Shown here: positions 1-12,000 of the stretch, in pieces
How the letters are laid out: every line of letters starts with the position of its first letter
Position numbering within the stretch: the stretch's first letter is position 1
From: Orbicella franksi
Lineage: Eukaryota
Assembly (NCBI GenBank): GCA_964199315.1
Contig: OZ116698.1
Location: forward strand, 13,082,001-13,146,000
Length of the DNA: 64,000 nucleotides
Reading direction: 5' to 3'
Position numbers and translations under genes: made by a program
The notes under the pieces: generated by a model
What the model was told of the DNA's origin: nothing
The model's database searches: none
Seen by the model: only the letters and a program-made list of their open reading frames with translations

Positions 1-349
1 AACATAATTATTAGAACCTGACATGGGAACTCATGTATTTAAACTCCATTTAATTGTACAGTCTAAACAATTCAGAACCTTGATCAATAATTATCTTTAA
101 TAACATCCCTGGGCTAATTGGTCAATATTAATAAATAATTATTTACATAATTATTTATTATTTAATCATTTAAATCATTGGCGACTCAAAATAAATAAAT
201 CCACTCTGGAGGAACATGATTCTGTGACATCAATGTGAAGAAATGGATTAAGGAAGTCTTAAAGCTGGATTACATTACATGTATAAATTCAGAGAGTCTT
301 AGCCACTTAACAATGTACTAGTTGTGTGCTCATCAGACTCTCATCATAC

Positions 350-2545
350 CTCTCTGCTAGTTGTAACTTGTCCGTAATGATCAAAGGCAGTAAAATCTAG
401 AGAAATCAACATGAAAAATATAGCATGGAAGCAACAGCAAGGGTAAGCCTCGTCTCAGTACACTTGGGATTATGTCAAGACCAAGGTTTGACACTGGAAT
501 TTAAAGTAGCTGAGCAACGTGCAGATAAAATGACTAAATATGTATAACTGGACTTAAAGTGCAAGGGCGTAGGTCAATTCAAGTCGAGACATTTTATCAA
601 TATTGCATTGTCCATTATTATCAGAATGAGTGGTGCAATACTTATAACTAAGGGATACTGTATGTAAGCTCCAAAGAGGAGTGAGTGCATACTTCTTGAG
701 AACAGTTTAATAATGCCAGGATCCAAACAGATAAATGCATACTCAGTCAACTAGTAACAGAATGAATCTATCAGACTGTAAGCATGATTGGTGAACAAGG
801 AGCAGAAATTGTTACCTCAGTTACTTCAAAGTGTTTTTGCAGTTTTAACTTGTATGCAATAGTAGCAGCCTGTCACCAGAGAAAAAAATATTTAGCAAAC
901 TGATAAGTGATTACCTTAAGCACAATACACTCTTAACCTCTAAAACATTATGAAAAGATTATTTTTCGCTGGGAGAAAAAATGTTTTCCTTACCTCTTTA
1001 TATTTTCTCTTGGAATGCATCAAAAATCTCACATGTTTAGTCAAGAATCCATTCTCTCCTGAATCAAGTTGAAATGTCCTTTTTATTGGTTCAAAAAGCA
1101 AAAATGTGGAAGATACAACAACTTCCAAAGCCAGGTCCTTGTGGTTGTCAGAAGGCCAATATCCCAACCTCTGTACTTCCTGAATACTCCTACCTTCAGT
1201 TTTTGACTTCAACCAAGCCTCAAACTCAACAAGAGTCAAATAAGCTAGTGACTTTTTGCCAGCTTGAATATCAAAATCAGCAAATTTGACGACAAAGAGA
1301 ACAAAGTCGAAACAATTCTTGTTGGCTTCAAAGGCTCTTGGGAGAATTAACTTGAGTTCTGTGATCATATCTGAAAAATAAAGTGACTCAAGTTCATCTA
1401 GCCAGTCCCTCTGTGACACACGATGAAGAGACCTTGCATAATTTGTTTCATGATCCTGTGAAGTACTTCCCATGCAAGCTTCTGAATCAGAGGAATACGT
1501 TGATGATGTTTCTTCACAAAGTAGATCTTTATTACCGTTTACACCAAGAAAAAAGTTCTTCTCTTGCAAATTTACCTCACTGCTGTGAGGAGCAATATTG
1601 TTTGTTTGCAATCTAGTGCTGTCATCTTGTGCATGGTTCACAATATCATTATCCCAGTCTTCTTCTGAAATCATGTCTGTCAGACTGAAAGCAGGATTTC
1701 CTTGTGGGTTTGCCAAATGCGAAACAATTTCGGATTCTTGTAAAGTGGGACTCTGTTTCAAATCATGCTCAGATTCCTCTGTTATAAGCTCTCTCCTCTC
1801 CACATGAGTTCCTGTATCAAACATAACAACAAGATAGTGAGGAAACTGTTACAAAGCGGTGATGAAGAAATTCTGAAATTGCACTGTCTTTGAGTTCATA
1901 AATAGAGGTAATTACACGGCAGCAAGAAGATATGAATTTTATGTTTGAGAGGGAAGAACAACATCTCACTCGTGAGATATTGTTCTTGCCACGAGAACAT
2001 AAAATTCATATCTTCGAGCTAACATGTAATGTTCTTTTTATTATATAGACATACTGACGACAGCGTTTTGGACAATTTTCTGAGAGTTGCAACCACTTTC
2101 CGAAGATTTGCGAAGATTCTTCAAAACTTGTCCAAAGGTCACACGATCATTGCCAAACATTTTCCGAAAATTTCCGAAGATTAACGAAAATTTCCGAAGA
2201 TTGCCGAAGATTTTCGAGGAAACCCGAAAATGTTTTAATCATACACCAACGAATTTAAGTACAATTTAAGAGACAAACTTGATATCAGTGAAATCATCGA
2301 TATCTTCACTAGTGAGGATATGGAAAATACGCCACCCGAGTCTCGGATGTGGTTCGTATGAATTTTGCGAGTGGTGTATTTTTCAGTAAAACACTCGGGT
2401 CTATATAATAAATAACCTTAAGTTGCTCACCTTTTGTTTTGGTCAATTCCTCGAGATCGACTGAATGTCCTTCGCGATATCTGAAGAGCAACGACTGGAA
2501 TGCCTCTTTGAGCAAGCAGACGACAATCTGAACAGTGACAATCAT
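350..2545 (-). CDS. EXD3: EXD3 / mut-7 / Nibbler-like 3'-5' exonuclease, 5' part; gene continues off the left edge
   Basis: Spliced exons (minus): 2545-2431, 1811-994, 869-816, 396-350, all GT-AG with matching phases. The joined peptide KKSLAYLTLVEFEAWLKSK...PIKRTFQLDSGENGFLTKHVRFLMHSKRKYKE|AATIAYKLKLQKHFEVTE|ILLPLIITDKLQLAE parallels human EXD3 as I recall it (SLAAWISHQLQCWL...PLASIFQLQDADRSCLLAHVHRLHHEGRFREAATLGATLKLQSEL..MSIPLLLQDKVALVE). The nuclease domain is not in the window, and the start codon is uncertain. Confidence 0.75.
1900..2411. repeat. Interspersed repeat filling most of EXD3 intron 1, with a terminal hairpin and TTCCGAAGAT-like tandem units
   Basis: Hairpin AAGATATGAATTTTATGTT / AACATAAAATTCATATCTT at 1927-2013, and degenerate CCGAA(G/A)ATT units at about 2097-2230. 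Unclassified. Confidence 0.65.
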
Positions 2546-2754
2546 GATAAGATCGATTCTTTTCAGGAAAATATCAGATCAGTCAAAGATATGTGTCATA
2601 TTATAGCAACAGCAATGGTCGCGCAAAATGGATGAGCTCTTTTTCGTCAGGCGTTCCTCATCACTCGATCCAGTCCTAATCTGTTCACTACGAGGACAGT
2701 GTAAATGTGCTTACATGACGTTGAAGGTGACCTTTCCTCGGGCTTTCGGGAATC
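2546..2754. promoter_or_regulatory. Probable compact bidirectional promoter / 5' UTRs of EXD3 and TXNL4B
   Basis: Only 209 bp separate the two divergent start codons. The interval is CpG-enriched and contains the YY1-like motif CCATTTT (minus strand, near 2625-2631). Inferred from gene geometry. Confidence 0.55.
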
Positions 2755-5700
2755 ATGAGTTTCGTGCTGAGCAAATTGAGTACAAAGAAGGAGGTCGATA
2801 ATGCAATAAAGACTTGCGAGGACAAGGTTCTTGTGCTGAGGTTCGGAAGAGAGACTGACACAGTTTGCCAACAGCTGGATGATATTGTAAGGAGATAATG
2901 AGCTCTGGGAGCTCATCTGTATCCTTGATGTCCGTGTTGATGTTGACCGCCATATTTGTTTCAATGCACGCTCTTTGAACTGTTTTATATAAGCTCAATT
3001 GTATGAACACTAATTTAAGCTTATACTTAGCAGTTAAATTATAAGCTCGAGATTTCTATCGCGGAATAGTTGACAAAGGCGCAGCCTGAGTCAACTATCA
3101 TGCATAGAAATTGTAAGCTAATAATGCAATTGTTTTAGTATACTAATTTCGTCTAAGACTTTATCTAAATCCTCTTCACAGACACTTTGAAAATGCAAAC
3201 CACCATACACTGCTAGGCTACACGCTATCTACAACAGAATAGATAGTGAATAGCGTAGCCAATCAGAGACAGTATTTGTGATTCAGTGCTGGTAGACTTC
3301 TACTAACAAGACATATTGTGTGAAGTTTAATTTTTTACTTTAGTCAGATGGATGGCCCACATCAGGACTCATCAGTCATGTCTTGCAAATTTTAACAGTC
3401 CTAAGTTTTATCTACTGACTTACTTCCTCACAAGCAGCAGCAAAACCTTTCCATATTGACATTAATTATGCATAGTATTTCTTCAATTTATACTATCCTA
3501 CATACAAAGAAACAGCACACAAGATGAGAACAACTCAAAATCCAATGTCCAGAAAGTGTAGAACGTTCAAATTTTGAATCAATGATAGTGTTATAAGGGT
3601 TAATCTGTTCTGGGTACAAGGTATATGTCATCTTTTACTAGTTATAAAACTGGTGCCTAAACTATAGGATCTACGTTTCTCTTCTGATTCTATACAGGCA
3701 AATAAATCAGAAGACCATTTTAATACTTAAATACATTTTTATTTGCAAATCAGTCTTACATGAATGATTTTATAATGTGTTATTTTGCCTTGACAAAATA
3801 GTTGGCCAAGACGTCTCATGATGTTTCTCGTATGGCTGATATATACATTGTGGATGTCGACACTGTGCCAGTCTACACACGTTACTTTGACATCTCTCTG
3901 ATTCCAGCAACTGTGTTTTTCTTCAATGGACAGCACATGAAAGTTGACTATGGGTAAGGTGGAAAAATTTGTTGTCCCAGAAAATATCCATAACCCTTCC
4001 ACAGAGAGGTTTTTGGTTTAAAACCTGCCATCCCTCTGCAAATTCTCATTTTGGTTCCTACCTACCTTTAAAATTCTTGGTGTTTTGAACTCCCCTCCCC
4101 ATTGGAATAACCAATAATCCTCCTTGGGGTAAGTATGGATGTTTTCTTAAAACATACAATGTACATAAAATGTATATGAAGTTTTGAGACATGTATTTGA
4201 AACATGGGTAATTTTTATAATGTACATCTGAACTTCTTATTGTATAATTATATGCTGACAATATTCTCATTTTTAAAGGCATATCTTTATCTCTGAAATG
4301 TATGACAACATGTGATTTTTTGATGCCACATCAATTGCATGGCTCTGTTTATGTAATATATACGAACTGCAAATTTATTTAGCGCTGTATTTCAAATGTA
4401 TGTTCAGTACATGCCCATCTATATTGGTCTAGAGTGCAAATATTTTTTTTTAGATTTGATCAAGTAAGCAAGAATTATTGATATCAGGAGGTCACTTTCA
4501 CTTAGTGAGCAAACATGAAACAAGTATAATGATTAACTATGCCTTGCAAAATAGGCCAGTACAGTGAGGCTTGAGCTTTGTTTGATTCCACCATCCACAT
4601 TAAAACCTGCAAATGATGCCTTTTCACAAGTGTGGTCACATTAGAAAGGTTGTTGTAGCTGTCACCTGTCTTTTTGACCTGTATGTCCTAGTCAAAAAGT
4701 ATTGTGCAGTTGTAACATTATAATCTTCACAGCTGCTATTATTATTACACTGTACAGTACAAAGTTATTTTATTTCACATTTGTGGAGAACAGCATTATG
4801 CAGGGCTTGACACTAACGGTAGCCAACTAACCACAGACCAGTAGAAATTTAGTTTTGGCTAGTAGGTTTTTGATTTCCACTAGCCACTTTGGCTAGTCAA
4901 CAAAATGAAATTGGCTGAACGACTTTCTTTCTTCTTCAAGGAAGACACACAAAATTTACACTTTTCTCGGAAACAAGGTCGGAATTTCATTGTGGAGATA
5001 TCATGGTACCAGGCATGTGGTGTTCAGCATGTAAGCAAATTTAACTTTGCTCACTTTTCACTGGGTGGTACATAACTAGGGAGCTGAACATGTTAATTTT
5101 GTTCAAAGAAATATTTGACAAAACAAGACAGCATTTTCTGAAAGCACACATCAATGTTCTTTTTTGTTACGAAATTTTTTTCATGCGCGAAATAGTGTGG
5201 AACTGTAAAGGGATAACATTTCACTTAGCGTAACAATACATGGGTGATTTGTCATTGTATGCATACTTACAAACTTACCACTACAGAAATAATTAGATGA
5301 GAAAGATTTATTTCCTTTGACATTTAAATCAGCCATTTTTAGCAGTCGAATTTTGCCAACGACAGTTTACAGCACTGTTCAGATAGTTGTTTTGCTTTTG
5401 AAACATTTCTACAGTGCCTGTCTGTGAAGAAGTCTCGCTAGTTTTTACAGTGATGTCTTGGGGTCTCAATGTTTTTCCAAGGAAGTCTCAAAAAAAAAAA
5501 AACAGAGTCCTGAAAGTCCTTTCAGGAACTGGAACTTTTTTGGAACTAGTTTAAGTACAGTATAATTACCAACATTATTCGCTTGTGTTGTGCTTTCAAG
5601 TCTTGCTAGTAATTCTGCTGTTATTGGACCTACCTGAAATTTTCGCAACATGTCAATTTTGCAAATTTTGCGATTTAAAAAAATCACAAAATTAAAGTTA

Positions 5701-6843
5701 CTGTTGACATATAGTACCACCATTGTGTGTTTGTTACTTTTGACGTTATTGTACCTTTGATGAAGTCAGTTTACTAAATTCAAAGACAAGTTTAAGTAAC
5801 ATTGCCAATGAAATAAATTTTGTGTTACTCAAAAACGCAAAGTTAAAGTGATTCAAAATACAAAAGTTTTGCAAAATCACCAAATTTAAGCATCGCGAAA
5901 TATGCCCACCCCCAAATCCCTAAGTAAATGTGTTGCAAAAATTTCATGTTATAAGGTAGCCAACCACGACGCTTGGCTAGTAAAAGAGGTTTTGGCTAGT
6001 AACATCTAAGTTATCAATAGCCACAAGGCTAGTAAGTTGAAAAGTTAGTGTTGAGCCCTGATTATGCAACAATTTTCCAAAGTGTGGTAATCTGATAAGT
6101 TATTGGTTGTAACCTGTTGTGATAAATTCCACTGGAATATTCTGTCATCATTTAACAGGAAAAAATGTTTTTGTGTGAGTGTGTGAATGGATTTTATTAC
6201 CTGTAAATTCTTCCTACTTCACTTACAGAGGTTACAGTACTGGGAACTACTGACGGCCTGTAATCCTCTGGCCTGGGTTGTTGGAAAAGTGGATAATGCT
6301 ATCCAGTGGATAGCGTGGTTTGCTTTGTTAGCACTTATCCACTGGATAACGATTTACCTGGTAGATAGCATTATCCAACCAGGGCCAATCTAAAGGGCCA
6401 GCGCTAGGGCCAATCTAAGCTAAAGACTTTTCTTTTTAAACATATTCTTGGAATTCCTTAACTTAATGATTTGAATATTTACTTTTTATCTATTTATTAG
6501 TTTAATTATTTACTTATTATTTTATTAGGAAATTGTACTACGTTACTGGATGTTCAGAAGTATGCACTATATAAAATTACTATCATTATTATTATTATTA
6601 TTATTATTATTGTTGTTGTTGTTGTTGTTGTCATCATTATTACAAAGATCATCTCATTTGAGTTTCTTTCTTTTTAGCACACCAGACCACACCAAGTTTA
6701 TTGGCAGCTTCAAAACCAAGCAGGATTTTATTGACGTGGTGGAGGTGATCCTGAGAGGAGCACTGAGAGGAAAGCTGATTGTGACAAGTCCTATAGATCC
6801 ACAGAATGTTCCCAAGTACAACCTCATATACAAGGACATTTAA
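2755..6843 (+). CDS. TXNL4B: Thioredoxin-like protein 4B (Dim2), 149 aa, 3 coding exons
   Basis: Exons 2755-2886 ([44 protein letters not shown]), 3802-3953 ([51 protein letters not shown]) and 6678-6843 ([54 protein letters not shown]). Total 450 nt, GT-AG introns, and the sequence matches the Dim2/TXNL4B pattern. Confidence 0.95.
3040..3310. repeat. Uninterrupted copy of the palindromic repeat family that hosts the L1 at 51-53 kb
   Basis: GCTCGAGATTTCTATCGCG..ATAGTTGAC-AAAGGCGCAGCCTGA-GTCAACTATCATGCATAGAAAT..AATTGTTTTAGTATA, followed by ATAGCGTAGCCAATCAGAG. Confidence 0.7.
3967..4159. repeat. Copy of an abundant G/C-tract MITE family (CCAGAAAATATCCATA termini)
   Basis: Related copies lie at about 23890-24055, 31560-31720, 32200-32340, 57725-57880 and 58430-58620, in both orientations. 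Confidence 0.6.
4801..6060. mobile_element. Non-autonomous hAT-like element, CAGGG termini, 6-bp TSD, in TXNL4B intron 2
   Basis: TIR CAGGGCT(TG/CA)ACACTAAC (17 bp, 2 mismatches). ATTATG is duplicated at 4795-4800 and 6061-6066. Subterminal GGCTAGT repeats at both ends; a probable nested MITE at about 5627-5957. Confidence 0.82.
6270..6386. repeat. GGCC-ended palindromic MITE (PIF/Harbinger-like)
   Basis: GGCCTGGGTTG..GGATAATGCTATCCAGTGGATA / TATCCACTGGATA..GATAGCATTATCCAACCAGGGCC. Confidence 0.65.
6585..6630. repeat. Compound (TTA)n(TTG)n microsatellite about 50 bp upstream of TXNL4B exon 3
   Basis: Directly visible. Confidence 0.95.
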
Positions 6844-7809
6844 CTGCTGCATAAATGCCACTCAACTTTGAAGGGAAACTTGTTGTCTTTCAGTGGTGGC
6901 ATCATCCCTCCAGTTATTGTTTACAAAATAATGGCTTTGTACCTGGTTGAAAACATTATACACAGTGAAACTCTCTGCACAACTAACTCACTAGACTTAA
7001 GCTTGTGAGGGCAGTTAGGACTTCAAGAAAATATATAGCCCCTGAGCTATTGCAAGAGTGTGAACAGATCAAGATTACAATATGTATATATATATATATT
7101 TTTTTTGCAAACAGAATCCATGCCTTCCATATAGTCTAAGTGAACAAAGCTCTCCGATTGCACACTCAAATTCCCCCTCTCTTCAGCAATCCCATATAGA
7201 GGCTAAGATTACTTGCTGGTTGGCTGTAAATGTTTCCGTCAGACAATGTAGGAATCTCCATAGAGCTATTGACAGATTTAGATAGTTTTGTGTCTTAGGA
7301 GAGAGGTAAGAAGGCAAACAGTGTCTTACTCCTCTTGTTGACCTGCCACCAAAGAAGATTACGTGTGGGTTTTTAGATATATGCCAACCGCCTGAACACG
7401 ATATTGTGAACTACAGATGAGAATGCTTGTGAACTACACGCAGATGACTCATGTTAAAAAAAATAAAAGATCATTGTAATCAGTAGTAATTATGGAACAA
7501 ATGGCAAGTGTTGAAGCCTGTAGATTTTTTTTTTGGACATTTTTCAACATTTTCTTGCATTGCATTGCTTTATATACTGGTGTTTATCTAAAATTAATTT
7601 GCATGATCATAGTCATGGAATGGCTTACACTTTCATAAATTTAAAAAAGTGTATTTTCAATCACTCTTTAAACTTTCCATTTGAAATTGAAGATTTGAAA
7701 ATTTGAGACCTTTAACAATTATCACACCAAAAACCGCACTCATGCCACTCCATCTCAACACAATGAACTTATTAAACTTCTACTTACTTTTATGATAATT
7801 CCAATTTAA

Positions 7810-8025
7810 GCAGGCGAATATTAACGTTAAGAGCCGACGTTTCGACGTCATCGTGACACCATTCTCAAGGCAAAGTGGATGAATAATAAATAAATAAATA
7901 ATAAATGAAATCTTTGCATTATTTATTCACTTTGCCTTGAGAATGGTGTCACGATGACGCCGAAACGTCGGCTTTTAACGTTAATATTCGCCTGCTTATG
8001 TTTTAAGAAATCGTTATTGATCAAG
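7810..8025. mobile_element. Penelope-like (PLE) terminal-repeat remnant: inverted pair with hammerhead-like motifs, 13-bp TSD
   Basis: 71-bp arms at 7807-7877 and 7928-7998 (69/71 identical, inverted) around an AAT-rich spacer. AATTCCAATTTAA is duplicated at 7797-7809 and 8026-8038. Confidence 0.7.
7934..7972 (+). ncRNA. Minimal type I hammerhead ribozyme-like motif, variant core
   Basis: GCC-UUGAGAA-U-GGUGUCA-CGA-UGACGCC-GAAAC-GUC-GGC gives helix I GCC/GGC, a 7-bp helix II, GAAA, palindromic ACGU helix III and a GUC triplet (cleavage predicted after 7969). A second copy lies on the minus strand at about 7833-7871. Activity is untested. Confidence 0.55.
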
Positions 8026-9036
8026 AATTCCAATTTAACTATGCATAATGACTTTGAACTAGTTAGTTAGGCCCAGGCTCCCTTCTTTTTTGTTAAAGTA
8101 CGTAAGGCCCGCGAAGCCGAAAGTTTTTCGGCTACCAAGGAGAATCTCGAGTAGAGTAGTAACCGATTTTTGCGAAATTGGCAGCAGGCAGAGTAAGCCA
8201 TTTTATGAGCAGAATTTATTGTCGCACCTTACCACAGACCCTTTTGCTTCCTTGGTTTTCCACACTATTACCGACAAAATGCGCCTCTGGGAGCTCCTCT
8301 TGTTGAGAAACAACGCCCACCTGAAACAGTCTGGGAAGAAAAGTGCGCGCGCAATGTGTCTGGAACTGTAGAAACCAGAGCCTTAGATCGCTCAAGGAAA
8401 GATTATCAGTCTCATTTTCATAGGCGTAGTAAACGAGTGGTGTTCTTGTTCCTTATATTCTAACGTGGGCTGGATTACCAGCCGCTGTTCGGGAAACGAG
8501 TCGGCTTTCCTCCCGCAACTGCTCTTCTCGGGGAGGAATGTAGACCGGAGTCGAGAGAGCGGCGGAAATAGAGCCTAATATATGCACCAACCCAAATAGA
8601 AACATTTTCTCCCGTTTCGTATCAAGTTGTACAAACTTGAGTGGAAGTTTTGAAGAACTTGAACTAACATGGGAACACAGAGAGCGTGCTTTTCTTTTTC
8701 CCTTACCAGTTCCTTTAGCCGGCGAACAACCTGCCGGCTAGTGTTTAGGCCGTTTTTTTTTTTCGAATTCTCTCAAACTTTTGCGAGTTTGATAGACTTA
8801 GGCGCAAGACGGAGCCAAACAAAATGTACCTCTCGCGAAACGCTTGCCACGAGGGTATATCTTTTGACGATGGCTAGGTCGTGGCGTCTTATCTTTCTCC
8901 CATTCATTAGCAAAGCCCTGCATCTCGTTCCCAGGCTCTTGTTCATTGGAGTGAGGAAATCAGAAACAATACACTATTCTAAGAGACTAGTGATCCATTT
9001 CAGACATATCACTCAACGCTCCCAGCACGTAAAAAT

Positions 9037-12000
9037 ATGGCGTACACTTGGGCAGTAATCGTGGCTGGCATTTCATTTCTAGTATACTACAGACGACTTC
9101 CATGGGCCTTAGGTCCAGTTTTATTATTTGGCACGTATTTAGCTTCCGGAGGGAGATCATTTCCTAGGGTGTTCTTTCGAACAGTTCTACGTGATTTGAG
9201 GTAAGAACGGTGTGAAGTATAAAACACTGGAGAATACCGTTCAAGTTCTCCTAGGTTATGTTGATCGGAGTAGAAAACGGACCAATCGTTTGACCCTGCA
9301 GCTCCAAAAGAAGAGGACAAACCGCCTTTCGACAAACCCAGTCTAGGGCAGGGTAGATCAGAGGTCCGGGGTAAAGGGTAGCTGGTGTGGTTTGTATGTC
9401 TGAAGCTCTCAAGTAATTAATGCCAAATTCCTTGGAGGGATTAAAATTTGCATTCGCAGGGCATCCACTGTACCGCATTCTGAGACCAGTAGTATTTCAA
9501 ATGTTCTGTTTTTCAAATGATTTTTTGGGGGGTGATAATCGCCGGCAAGCTCGACGATTGATGTTGGATATGACTGATGTTCCCGCGAACTTGTCTCCAG
9601 TATCTTCTCGGTCATTCATTTCAGTGTGCGTACACCTCGCGTGCAGGTATCTTCTTTATAAGCTTGCGTATTTGAATAATCTTTCTTGCAGGGCAATTTA
9701 CCTAGTTGGGGCCATTGAAAGTGAGGTAAGAAAGCTTCCGAAGAGTGTAGACAAGGTTACAGTGGCTGATATTTTTCGAAAAACTTTGTCCAAACACCCA
9801 CGGAAGACAGCCTTCATATTTGAACAAAAGACATGGACATTTCAAGATGTAGAAGATTACTCCAACAGGATTGCAAATTACTTCAAGTCACAAGGCTACA
9901 AGAAAGGAGATGTAATAGCCCTCTTTCTAGAATCCTGTCCAGAATTTATTTGCATATGGCTTGGGTTGTCCAAAGTGGGGGTGATAAGTGCACTTATCAA
10001 CACAAACTTGCGGCTTGATTCCCTGTGGCACTGCATATCTGCAGTAGACGTTAAGGCAATAATCTTTGGTACTGACCTGTCAGGTAATTACAATTTCTCA
10101 TATACCACCTTGTTGCAACGGCCAAGGAAAAAAAAGAAATTTATATCTCTTGTTGAAAACACCTTGGAAAGTTTTAAATAAGCTTAATTAGCTGGCTTTG
10201 TGGTTAATGTACTAAAATCCAGATCAAAGGTCCCAGTTCAACTGGAGTATTATCTTTGCACCCATTTGTCAAGAAATCAGTATGCGATCATGTGGGTGTC
10301 CAATTACAGGTATGACCATATCCAGTGTTAACTTTTTTTAAATTTGATATCTGTAGTTGGATACCAATGTGGTTCACATGTCAATAACATGATTGAGCTT
10401 TAATAGCTTCCATCTTGTTACCTATAGTTTTTACAACTTATGAAAACTCTACTGATTTTTTTCGCCCAAAAGAAGTTCTTAACTCAAAATTTGTTACTGA
10501 TGCTATTAATTAGTAATTTGACCGAGTAGAATACAATTCAGGGAGTAATCAGGTGAGTAATTTCCAATCAGCCTTGCCCTGCATGCACATCCAATTTCAA
10601 AATTACTCACCTGATTCTTCCCTGAATTATACTCCACTCAGTCCAATTACCATTACTTATCTTAACTGATTAGTGACTAGACTTGAGACAGACCTGCCAG
10701 GCGTAAGTTCTAATTGGCCCCAAGAATTATTATAGTACATTATCAATGTTGGAACTTTCTGTGGCAATTCGATCATCATTCCTTCGTACGCCTATATACA
10801 TGCAGATGCTGTGAGGGACATTCACTCTAAGATACCAGAGGATTTACAGCTATATCACTTTGGAACTTCTCCATGTTTGGAATCTTCAGCTTTGAGCTTG
10901 GTAAAAGAGTTGCAGAGAAGTTCTTTAAAGCCTCCTCCTGCCAACGACACCCAGTCCTCCAATGGTAAGTGTTTGAATGTATATTTCCAGTGTTTTAAGT
11001 ATAAGGTCCATACCTGCCATAGTTGTGTTGGGTAATTTTTTGTGAATCACCAGCTGTAACGTTACCAGTTTTCAAGGAAGTTGTTTTTAAAATGGGCATG
11101 TCCTATTACTCTCCTGTGGGTACTGCACCATGATAGGCACCCACTTCAAGCTTTTTTCAAAAGCACTGCTATTTTATTTGTTTCCTCACCCATTCCAGCT
11201 AAGAATAAGGCCTATAAATTCTAAAAGTAAACATGGTGCACTTCCTTAACTAATACCGTTTGACTATTGACAGCTACCAGAATTCTGTTTTTAATTTCTT
11301 TTTTTAAAGTAACATTTAACATTTTTTTTTTACTTTCTCTTTTCAAGTTATATTTAAATTTTTATAGCCATCTCTAGATTGATAGTTGTCTATTTATAAC
11401 TACTAATGAAATGTTAGCCTAAAACTTTTTTACATCAGTGCTAACATGTAGGTAAGTAACATTTGACATCCAGATTCCAGAAGATATAGAAATGTTACTC
11501 CTACTTTGGAGATGACCACCATAAGCTCAAAATGATATTTAATACTTTCTTATAGATGTGTTGATGTATATCTACACGTCAGGAACAACTGGATATCCTA
11601 AGGGAGCTATTATTACTCATTACAGGTTGGGAGAGCTTGAATACTTTGCACAGTCGTCCTTTTTCAAGAAATAACTTAAAACATAATGCACATTTTCTGA
11701 GGGCCTTGACTATGGTACATGTAATTAATGGTGAATGAGGCCTTTTCCCCTTTAGAATTGGTAACCTCCTTTAAATTGACAATTACCTGACAATAAAGAT
11801 TTCAATATAAAATTCCTGAAATAATTTTCCTCCTTACTGCAAAAGCAACTCATCTTAGACAGAGAAGCTGCATGAAAACTAACAAGGCTTGATGTGGCTT
11901 CCTCTCTAAAGAAATATGTACTCTTTTACATGTATATTGCACTGTACGGCATGCATTTAAGGAGATTTTTGTTTAATATTATTTCTAAAGGTTCTTCAGA

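Noticed and set aside
940-1824. Weak resemblance of the 294-aa ORF to SHCBP1 (HVRF motif), or a stand-alone single-exon gene
   Set aside because: Downstream micro-exons extend a much longer match to EXD3. Both ORF ends run into introns.
2097-2230. CRISPR-like array of TTCCGAAGAT repeats
   Set aside because: Units are about 10 bp, degenerate and lack unique spacers. The context is a eukaryotic intron with no cas genes.
6550-6677. Poly-Leu signal peptide or TM segment on the 97-aa ORF
   Set aside because: It is the translation of an intronic (TTA/TTG)n microsatellite. Only 6678-6843 is coding.
8090-9058. Two upstream ORFs (93 and 129 aa) as separate genes or FATP exons
   Set aside because: No recognisable motifs and no splice connection to the FATP frame. 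The region is CpG-rich promoter-like DNA with repeat fragments.
9420-9691. N-terminal 90 aa of the 253-aa ORF as the FATP start
   Set aside because: This is intron read-through. The true first exon is 9037-9200, which has the FATP-like N-terminus and a GT donor in the right phase.
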